Made by a program: the position numbers and the translations under genes | Notes under the pieces: model-generated | The model's database searches: none | The model's input: only the letters and a program-made list of their open reading frames with translations | Told to the model about the DNA's origin: nothing | Source: an uncultured Nitrospirales bacterium | GTDB lineage: Bacteria; Hydrogenedentota; Hydrogenedentia; Hydrogenedentales; GCA-2746185 | Direction of reading: 5' to 3' | Assembly (NCBI GenBank): GCA_964620045.1 | Contig: CAZUJL010000015.1 | Location: 15,203 to 79,202, forward strand | Length of the DNA: 64,000 bases | In this document: positions 1 through 7,206 of the stretch, piece by piece | How the letters are laid out: every line of letters starts with the position of its first letter | How positions within the stretch are numbered: position 1 is the first letter of the stretch

Positions 1-90
1 ACTTCGGCAGGCGCAGGCGGCGACCGGGGTGTTTCGCAGAAGTATCGAGGCAGAAGTGAACCCTTGCGGAATGATCACGATTCGCTCTAT

Positions 91-191
91 AGCCCTGAAA
101 GGGCGTCCTAAAGTAGCCCAGGGCACAGCGAACGTCAGTGAGCGACGCCCTGGGTTACGGCGTCCCTTACACACGAAGCCCTGAAGGGGCG
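91..191. repeat. REP-like palindromic element: two GCCC-TGAAR-GGGC hairpins flanking a central inverted repeat
   Basis: AGCCCTGAAAGGGCG at 91-105 and AGCCCTGAAGGGGCG at 177-191; TAGCCCAGGGC (114-124) pairs with GCCCTGGGTTA (147-157). Confidence 0.8.
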
Positions 192-384
192 ATCTAGGGT
201 GTGCGCGGAAACGCACGATGCAATCGAGGGCACGTCCGGCAATTCCATAAATACGCGTTTACCCGCGCCAATATTGGGCGATCTAGCGATCTATTTCTCT
301 GAAAATCTCTTGCCGGATTCTGATTTTACGTGGCACTATCTGGACACGTTCGTTCGCGTTAGCAGTACCTCGGGGGAGGCGGAT

Positions 385-1428
385 TTGAGCAGTATCGGAA
401 TTTCGCATGCCGCGCCGGACGCCTACCTGCGCGTCACGCGCGTGATGGCCCAGCGCCACATTCCCGCCACGCCGGAAAACTACCATGTCTGGTACAACCA
501 CCTCGCCGGCGTCGACCCCGACCTCTCGCGCAGCATCGAAGCACTGATCCATTCGAAAAAAGAATTCACCGAAGAAATCTGCGCGAATCTCTACCAGACC
601 TTCGTGCTCGCGAAATACACGCACGATCACCTGCGCAAGATGCAAGCGGACATGCAGTCGATCCTGCGAGACACGATCGGCAGCGTCTCCTCCGCCGGTT
701 CGGGGATGGCGAACTTCGGTACGCTGCTCGAATCTACCGCCGGCCGCCTGGAGTCGGCCTCCGACCTGAACGCCGTGCGCGGGATCGTCGAGACCCTCGC
801 CAAGCAGACGGTCAAGATGGCCAAGACGACGCGCGAGATGCAGGAAGAACTCGTCGACGCCGCGCGCGAAGTGCAGAACCTGCAGCAGCAGCTCCGCGAG
901 ACCGAGCAGGCCGTCCTGCGCGACCCGCTCACGGGTCTCTTCAACCGCACCGGCACCGATCGCCGCCTGCGCGAACTCGAGGGCGGCTATCGCACCGCAA
1001 ACGCTTCGTTCTCGGTCATCATGGCCGACATCGACCACTTCAAAAAGTTCAACGACACCTTCGGTCATCAGGTCGGCGACGCCGTGCTCCGCCTCGTCGG
1101 CAAGGTGCTGCAGGATTCCGTGAAGGGTAAGGACTTCGTCGCGCGCTACGGCGGCGAGGAGTTCATCGCCCTGTTGCCGGATACCCCGCGCGCCGGCGCC
1201 AGCGTGGTCGCCCAGCATATCCGCGAGGCCGTCCAGGCCCAGAAGCTCAAACTCGTCCGCACGGACCAGCATATCCCCACGATCACGCTGAGTCTCGGGG
1301 TGGCCGAGTTCGCGCAATCGGACAATCTGGAATCGGTGATCGAACGCGCCGACCAGGCCCTCTACCTCGCCAAGCGCTCCGGCCGAAACACAGTGAAGAC
1401 CGAGCAGGAACTCGCGCTATCCGCCTGA
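385..1428 (+). CDS. GGDEF diguanylate cyclase with soluble helical N-terminus
   Basis: DPLTGLFNR, DIDHFKKFNDTFGHQVGD and RYGGEEF motifs; start placed at TTG 385 after GGAGG (375-379); the ORF track starts at 199. Confidence 0.93.
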   Translation: MSSIGISHAAPDAYLRVTRVMAQRHIPATPENYHVWYNHLAGVDPDLSRSIEALIHSKKEFTEEICANLYQTFVLAKYTHDHLRKMQADMQSILRDTIGSVSSAGSGMANFGTLLESTAGRLESASDLNAVRGIVETLAKQTVKMAKTTREMQEELVDAAREVQNLQQQLRETEQAVLRDPLTGLFNRTGTDRRLRELEGGYRTANASFSVIMADIDHFKKFNDTFGHQVGDAVLRLVGKVLQDSVKGKDFVARYGGEEFIALLPDTPRAGASVVAQHIREAVQAQKLKLVRTDQHIPTITLSLGVAEFAQSDNLESVIERADQALYLAKRSGRNTVKTEQELALSA

Positions 1429-2064
1429 GGGCACCATCCGCACGGTGCGCGTCGCGACGGCAGCAAGGAAATGCTCGTCGTGCGACACGATCAGCATCTC
1501 CTGCGGCAGCTTGAGCAGGACCTCGATCAGACGCTTCTCGTACTTTTCGTCGAGTCCCGTCGTAGGCTCGTCCAGCAGCAGAATCCGCGGCTTCATCGCC
1601 AACACCGTCGCCAGCGCCACCATGCGCTTCTGCCCCGCCGACAGCCTGTAGGTGATCGACTGTTCCAGATGCTCCAGACCCAACAACTGCAACGTATCGC
1701 GTACTACATGATGGACATCGTGATGGTTCAGGCCAAGGTTGAACGGACCGAAGGCAACGTCTTCGTGCACCGTCGGACAGAACAACTGATCGTCGCAGTC
1801 CTGGAAGACCAGTCCCATTTCGCGCCGCGCCGCCGCGAACTCCGGTTCCGTGCGGCACGACCGCCCAAGCACCTCGATGCTCCCCGCGCGCGGCCGTTGC
1901 AGGCCCATGAGCAGCCGCAGCAGCGTCGTCTTGCCGCAACCGTTCGGACCCGTAAGCCCCACGCGCTCGCCCGGCGCGAGCTCCAGCCCGAAGCCATCCA
2001 GCAACGGCCCGTTCTGGCCGTAGCCGAAGCTCAGCCCCTGCACGCGCAGTACCGGCGACGTCAC
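1417..2064 (-). CDS. cbiO: ECF transporter ATPase (CbiO/NikO)
   Basis: GPNGCGKT Walker A, LVFQDCDDQLF, LSAGQK signature, LLLDEPT; GTG 2064 overlaps the cbiQ stop (GTGA). Confidence 0.92.
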   Translation of the reverse strand: MTSPVLRVQGLSFGYGQNGPLLDGFGLELAPGERVGLTGPNGCGKTTLLRLLMGLQRPRAGSIEVLGRSCRTEPEFAAARREMGLVFQDCDDQLFCPTVHEDVAFGPFNLGLNHHDVHHVVRDTLQLLGLEHLEQSITYRLSAGQKRMVALATVLAMKPRILLLDEPTTGLDEKYEKRLIEVLLKLPQEMLIVSHDEHFLAAVATRTVRMVPSGG

Positions 2065-2792
2065 GCCCATTCCGCCACTCCCACCGCGACCATCACCAGT
2101 ACAAGTCCCGCCGCGAACGCCCAATCCGCTCGCCGCGTGCGCATGTGGCGATGCGTGTGGAACTTACCCGTAAACCCGCGACACTTCATCGCAAGCTGGA
2201 TGCGCTCCGAGCGGTCGAACGCGTGCACGAGCAACATGCCGACCAAATTGCCGAAGCTGCGCAGCGTGTGCGCATCGAAGCGCGGCGTGAATCCACGCAC
2301 GCGCATCGCCTGCCGCAGGCGCAGATACTCGCGCTCGAAGACCTCGATATACCGAACCGTGAACATCATCAGCAGCACCAACCGATTCGGCAGGCGCAGC
2401 CGCTGCAGCGCATGTCCGGCCGTCATCGGCTCCATCTTCACCAGGAACGCCGTCAGCACGAGGAACACAATATTCGCGCGCAGCGCAATCTGCCCCGCCC
2501 ACGCCGCGCCCTCACGGGAGTACTGCAAGCCGCTGACGATCACGAGCGGATCACCCGGAATGCTCCACGGCACCACGATCGCCATCATCAACACGAACAG
2601 ATTGATTCCGATCAGGCGTGGCAACCAAGTCGACAACGGCACCCGCGCATACGCGGCCAGGATCAATGCCACGGCGAAGGCGAGTCCGAGTCCGCGCCAG
2701 GAGGACAGGAATAACGGCATCAGCGAGGCCGCCAGCGCCGTCACGAGCCGCACGCGCGGGTCGAGCCGATCGATCGCGCCTTCACGGGCCAC
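2061..2792 (-). CDS. cbiQ: ECF transporter T component (CbiQ/NikQ)
   Basis: LDPRVRL N-terminus, hydrophobic helices, AMRVRGF and AMKCRGF repeats; start uncertain (GTG 2792). Confidence 0.9.
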   Translation of the reverse strand: MAREGAIDRLDPRVRLVTALAASLMPLFLSSWRGLGLAFAVALILAAYARVPLSTWLPRLIGINLFVLMMAIVVPWSIPGDPLVIVSGLQYSREGAAWAGQIALRANIVFLVLTAFLVKMEPMTAGHALQRLRLPNRLVLLMMFTVRYIEVFEREYLRLRQAMRVRGFTPRFDAHTLRSFGNLVGMLLVHAFDRSERIQLAMKCRGFTGKFHTHRHMRTRRADWAFAAGLVLVMVAVGVAEWA

Positions 2793-2796
2793 GGTG

Positions 2797-3306
2797 TCAA
2801 TGGCCGGATCTCCCGCTGCGCGCCTTCCACAACGCCCAGAGGCCTGCGAGGCCGAAGATATATCCAATGCCGCCGATCACGTCGCGCATCCACAGGCGAT
2901 GTTCCAGTGTGTCGATCGCCTTGTAAAGACCAGCGATATCATCGTTGGAAGCACTCGCCGCAGGCGTCACAGGAGTGGGTGCTGCGGCCGCGCTGAACTC
3001 CACATTGGCCGCGGCCCGATGGCCGTCTTCGGTAGTAACAACAAACTTCATCACACCCACCGAGGGATCGCCGCTGTACTTAAAATTCCCCGCCGCGTCC
3101 GTCGTGGTTTCGCCCAACAGCTTCCCTTTGGGGTCTTCGATGCGCACGGCTAGATTCTGGGCCGGATCTCCACCGGTGAAGTACGCATTACCGGTGACCG
3201 TGCCGTCCGCGTTGCCGTGCACGAAGAGATTTAATGAATGGGCAGTTGCGCTACTAGACACAGTCCACGCCGCACATCCGACTGCAATAATCCAGATCAT
3301 TCTCAT
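2797..3306 (-). CDS. Accessory Ni/Co uptake protein (NikL/CbiL-like): signal peptide, beta domain, C-terminal TM
   Basis: Signal peptide followed by AH, C-terminal RDVIGGIGYIFGLAG helix, position between cbiM and cbiQ. Confidence 0.75.
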   Translation of the reverse strand: MRMIWIIAVGCAAWTVSSSATAHSLNLFVHGNADGTVTGNAYFTGGDPAQNLAVRIEDPKGKLLGETTTDAAGNFKYSGDPSVGVMKFVVTTEDGHRAAANVEFSAAAAPTPVTPAASASNDDIAGLYKAIDTLEHRLWMRDVIGGIGYIFGLAGLWALWKARSGRSGH

Positions 3307-3947
3307 GATGTGCTCTCCGTGGGTTGAGGCAATGGCGCGCCGTCGTCCGTCGCGCCCAGTGCCTCCGGCCGGACACGTCGCAGATAGGCTACGGCACCGC
3401 CGGTGACCAATGCCTCGATGATCATAATCGGGATGTGCGCGGCGAGTGCAACGCCCGCGGCCGTGGTGAAGTGCTTGCCGCTGGTCACCAATACACCCGC
3501 GAGAATCATCCCCGCCAACAGAATAGACAGCGCGCCCGCAATCGCGCCCGCGACAAAGGCCCGTTGCGGGCTTCCCCGCTGCGCCATCGGCCGCAACGCG
3601 AGGCCGACGATCACGCCGGGCGTTGCCATCATCATCACGTTCACGCCGAGTGTGCTGAATCCGCCCACCTGGAACACCATCGCCTGCAGAAAAAACGCGA
3701 TGGCGAAAGCGGGAAATGCGCGCCAGCCGAGCAGCATGCCGGCGAGACCGTTCAGGATTAGATGCACCGACGATGGCGGCATAGGCACCCGGATCAGCGT
3801 GGCGACGAACAGGGCCGACGAGACCACGGCCGTCTGCACCATGGATTTTTCGTCCAGCTTCGCGAGTCCGATGGCGACGCCGGCCGCGGAGAATACTCCA
3901 CAGCCGAGAAGCACCGGCACCGAGAGGACACCCTCGCTGATGTGCAT
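3303..3947 (-). CDS. cbiM: ECF S component (CbiM/NikM)
   Basis: N-terminal MHISEGVL metal-binding motif, SVHLILNGL, multiple TM helices. Confidence 0.93.
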   Translation of the reverse strand: MHISEGVLSVPVLLGCGVFSAAGVAIGLAKLDEKSMVQTAVVSSALFVATLIRVPMPPSSVHLILNGLAGMLLGWRAFPAFAIAFFLQAMVFQVGGFSTLGVNVMMMATPGVIVGLALRPMAQRGSPQRAFVAGAIAGALSILLAGMILAGVLVTSGKHFTTAAGVALAAHIPIMIIEALVTGGAVAYLRRVRPEALGATDDGAPLPQPTESTS

Positions 3948-3954
3948 CGCCGAA

Positions 3955-4731
3955 CTACTCCATATCCTGAACGGGTACCCACAACAGCGCGCCCCATTCG
4001 AGATCCGCCGCTTTACCGTCAGGGGCTTTCATACCTTCCGGACCATCCACCAGCGCCGCGAACCCCCACCATCCCGCGCGCGGCATTGTGTAGATGAACT
4101 CGCCATTTGCATCCGCGCGAATGACCTGCGTTTCAAATGCTCCGCTCGGGATCTTTACCTTCGGCTCGGTGTCGTTAAGGTATTCGACCTCCACCCGCGC
4201 ATTGGGCACGGGCTTACCGTCGCTGATCACGACGCCGCGAAAGGTGTTGCCGGTCCACAGGCCGTACGGCCGAACCAGCGGCATGATTTCGACCGGGAAA
4301 CCCACGGGCTTGTCCCAGCCACCGCCGCCTTCGAATCCATCCACGACGACCTTCGTGAAGTGGACAATGTAGGTGCCTTCGGCGGGTTCCCAATACGGCG
4401 CGGGCTCGACGAAGAAGACATGATCGCCCGGGGCTTCGAGCGTGTACTTGGCCTTGTAGGTATTTTTACCGTCGACTTCGACGCGCTCCAGAGAAGATTT
4501 CAGATCGATCTCAGTGCCGCGACGCATGACGCCGAACCGCACGGGCGGCGCCATGTTCATCAGCGGACCGCCGGCCATGGGATGCGAAAAACGCAGGTCG
4601 ATCGTGATTGTACGTCCCGTGGCGTCGCTGACGTAGACAATCGACGGGATAAGCATCTGGAAATGGGCAAAAACCGGTGCGGCCATACACATTGCGAGCA
4701 CAGCAGCCAGTATCAGTCGAAGCCGGGTCAC
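3955..4731 (-). CDS. DUF4198-family periplasmic metal-binding protein (NikK-like)
   Basis: Signal peptide then AHFQMLIP; SHP motif; PYWEPAE...HFTK; first gene of the Ni/Co operon. Confidence 0.8.
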   Translation of the reverse strand: MTRLRLILAAVLAMCMAAPVFAHFQMLIPSIVYVSDATGRTITIDLRFSHPMAGGPLMNMAPPVRFGVMRRGTEIDLKSSLERVEVDGKNTYKAKYTLEAPGDHVFFVEPAPYWEPAEGTYIVHFTKVVVDGFEGGGGWDKPVGFPVEIMPLVRPYGLWTGNTFRGVVISDGKPVPNARVEVEYLNDTEPKVKIPSGAFETQVIRADANGEFIYTMPRAGWWGFAALVDGPEGMKAPDGKAADLEWGALLWVPVQDME

Positions 4732-4761
4732 TTCTACTCCCTATGCGCCGGGCGCGGGCGC

Positions 4762-4788
4762 GTATGACTATCTGGAAAATAGTAATAC
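4762..4788. promoter_or_regulatory. Putative NikR operator
   Basis: GTATGACTAT-ctggaaa-ATAGTAATAC, 9/10 inverted repeat resembling the GTATGA-N16-TCATAC NikR box, between the transporter operon and divergent nikR. Confidence 0.7.
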
Positions 4789-4979
4789 ATTCGCGAGAAT
4801 GCATCAACCGAGCCGCCTGCGCAAATCCGCCCGCCAGTACGCGCTGATCGGCTTTATTGCAGCGAAAAAGACGCGCGTTGAGGTGGGCCACGTTGGTGAC
4901 ATGGGCAAAAACGCTGGCGGCGTGCTTTGCCGAGGCCGCGCTCGCGCGGCATACTCCCCGGCAAGGGGAATCACACACG

Positions 4980-5396
4980 ATGTCCGAACTCGCACGACTC
5001 AGCTTTACGATCGAAGAATCGCTGCTCAAGCGGCTTGAATATTTGATGAAACGCGGCAAATTTCAGAACCGCTCCGAATTTATTCGTGACCTCATCCGCT
5101 CGCGCCTGGTCGAGACGCAATGGGAGCAGGACGAAGAGGCCATCGGCACGGTGACCCTGATTTACGATCACGAGACGCGCCAGCTCAGCGACAAACTGAA
5201 TGCGCTGCAGCATGAACACCACCATGCGATCATGGCGACCACGCACGTGCATCTCGATCATCACCTCTGCGCGGAAATGATCATGTGCCGCGGTCGCGCG
5301 CACATCCTGCGCGAGCTGGCGGAACAGTTGGGCCAGCAGAAGGGCGTGCTCCACTCGCAGTTGTCCATGAGTTCGACCGGCAAGCAGTTGCGCTGA
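4980..5396 (+). CDS. nikR: Nickel-responsive repressor NikR
   Basis: Ribbon-helix-helix N-terminus (RLSFTI...NRSEFIRDLIR); Ni ligands in QHEH and THVHLDHHLC. Confidence 0.95.
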   Translation: MSELARLSFTIEESLLKRLEYLMKRGKFQNRSEFIRDLIRSRLVETQWEQDEEAIGTVTLIYDHETRQLSDKLNALQHEHHHAIMATTHVHLDHHLCAEMIMCRGRAHILRELAEQLGQQKGVLHSQLSMSSTGKQLR

Positions 5397-5884
5397 TGCG
5401 CACGCTGCTCCTCATGCGGCATGCGAAGTCGAGCTGGAAGGACGACGCGCTGGCAGACGAGGAGCGGCCGCTGAATAAGCGCGGGAAAGCTGCCGGGACG
5501 CGCATGGGCGAATTTCTCGCGGAGAAAAAGCTCGTACCCGATGCTGTGATCTGTTCGACGGCGAAACGCGCGCGGCAGACGGCGAAACGTGTAAAGAAAG
5601 CGGCCGGCTGTAAAGTCGAGACTGTGAAAGCCGCGTCGCTGTATTTCCGGGGATCAGCGGCGTATTTGCAGGAAGCTTCTCAACTTCCGGCCAGAGCGAA
5701 GATCGCATTGCTCGTGGGTCACAACCCCGACATTGAATCATTGGTCTCCCGGATCAGCGGCGAACACATCGATATCCCCACGGCGACAGTCGTGCACTTG
5801 GTCGGGGATCTATCTGATTGGGCCGATATTGCCGATGGCCGCAGCCTGAAGATTGAAGGAATTTACCGGCCGAAGGAACCCTAG
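5396..5884 (+). CDS. sixA: SixA-type phosphohistidine phosphatase
   Basis: MRHAKSSW, ERPLNKRG, CSTAKRARQT and LVGHNP motifs; ATG overlaps the nikR stop (TGATG). Confidence 0.9.
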   Translation: MRTLLLMRHAKSSWKDDALADEERPLNKRGKAAGTRMGEFLAEKKLVPDAVICSTAKRARQTAKRVKKAAGCKVETVKAASLYFRGSAAYLQEASQLPARAKIALLVGHNPDIESLVSRISGEHIDIPTATVVHLVGDLSDWADIADGRSLKIEGIYRPKEP

Positions 5885-6906
5885 TCGTCGAAAAGTTCGT
5901 CGTCCTCGGCGGCGGCCGCGGTCTTCTTAAAGAGCGTGCCTTCGCGGTAGGCCTGCATCGCGCGTTGCGTCTTTTCGATCACACGCCGAAGCTGTTTGGC
6001 CTTGCGCTTCGCGGCGTCATTCTCCGGCTCGATTTCGAGGGCCTTCTCCATCCATTCGAGGGCCTTCGGATAGTCGCGGCGTTTAATAAAGCTGATACCG
6101 ACATTGATCGTCGATGCGAGCACTTTCTTTTTCAGCCGCAACGAATCCGGCGAGCGACGAAACGCGATGCGGTACTGTTCGAGCGAACCCGTGTAGTTGT
6201 GCTGCTCGAAGTAGAAATCCCCCATCACTTCTTCCTGGCTCGTCGGCGTGGCCTGGACGTTCTGACCTTCGGCCTTGAGTTGGCGCTTTTTCTCCTCGTG
6301 CGCGGCTTTTTTGGCGGCCCACTGCTCCGGCGTGAAGATTTGCTTTGCCGAGGCCGCTTCCACGAGCACGTTAATGTAGTTGGAATTGGGATCTTTTGGA
6401 ATGAAATAAAATCGCGGCGCATCGGGATCGTATGCGTTTACCGTCGTGCCGTCGAGCACTTCCCCGTCGTCAAACTCCACAATTAAGTTCACGCCGCCCG
6501 GCGTGTATCCGTGGAAAGGCTCCGACTTGTCGAACTTGCCCGTGTAACTCTTCACGTTCGCCACGAACTTGAGATCGGAGAAACGGATGCGCGCGGTCTT
6601 CCCCGTCGCCACGCCGTTGTCGTCTTCGCAGGTCAGATGGAAGCCCGATTCACGGATGTTCATCGCATGGCAGACGCCCTGCTCGCGGTTGCCGTTCTTG
6701 TAATAAGCGATCAGCGCGTGGCGGGAGTGCCGCTTGCGGGATTCGGCGCGCTTCTGTTCCTCGTCGATCTTGGCGGCGATGGGCTTGTAGTGCTTGGGGC
6801 AATAAAGGTTGCCGTCGTGCCGGGTGAGGCAGTCTTCGCAGAAAAACGAGCCGCAGACGCAGCAGTAGCCCGCGGCGTTGCGCATCAGATGGTTCGGACA
6901 CTTCAC
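5881..6906 (-). CDS. Hypothetical protein: B-box-like Zn finger, DUF6982-like domain, TPR
   Basis: C-x2-H-x8-C-x2-C-x4-C-x2-C-x9-C-x2-H; VEFDDGEVLDG...RFYFIPKDPNSN; YPKALEWMEKALEIEPEN TPR; start GTG 6906 after AGAGGAAG. Confidence 0.75.
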   Translation of the reverse strand: MKCPNHLMRNAAGYCCVCGSFFCEDCLTRHDGNLYCPKHYKPIAAKIDEEQKRAESRKRHSRHALIAYYKNGNREQGVCHAMNIRESGFHLTCEDDNGVATGKTARIRFSDLKFVANVKSYTGKFDKSEPFHGYTPGGVNLIVEFDDGEVLDGTTVNAYDPDAPRFYFIPKDPNSNYINVLVEAASAKQIFTPEQWAAKKAAHEEKKRQLKAEGQNVQATPTSQEEVMGDFYFEQHNYTGSLEQYRIAFRRSPDSLRLKKKVLASTINVGISFIKRRDYPKALEWMEKALEIEPENDAAKRKAKQLRRVIEKTQRAMQAYREGTLFKKTAAAAEDDELFDD

Positions 6907-7206
6907 GGCGACGTACTTCCTCTGGTCGTCGACTCGGGAGAACCCCCAAATTCCCCCACCCGTTCCAGGCTCTCGCAAATTTCGATTAATTCTTGTTATC
7001 AGTGGCTCCATCTTACGGATTGTGTGTGCCGGAATCAAGCGTATAAATCGTTAGACTACAAGCAGTTGCAGCACTTTACGGGGCCATTTTGTCAAGAAAT
7101 TACTGTAGCCCCAGTCCTGTATACTCTGCTCTGCTTGCATGTCGCCCCCATCCTCGGCGTACTCTGTTGAGCCTTGATTTTTGACCTGTCTTAATCGCGG
7201 AATGCG

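Noticed and set aside
331-346. Sigma54 promoter TGGCAC upstream of the diguanylate cyclase
   Set aside because: No GC at the -12 position
1471-4767. Long plus-strand ORFs (560 aa, 454 aa) and similar ones at 38320-39711, 52416-54245 and 30116-31300
   Set aside because: Antisense shadows of well-supported genes in GC-rich DNA; no motifs
4732-4979. Cobalamin riboswitch before the cbi-like operon
   Set aside because: No B12-box or GGGAA/ACUG elements; a NikR-type palindrome is present instead
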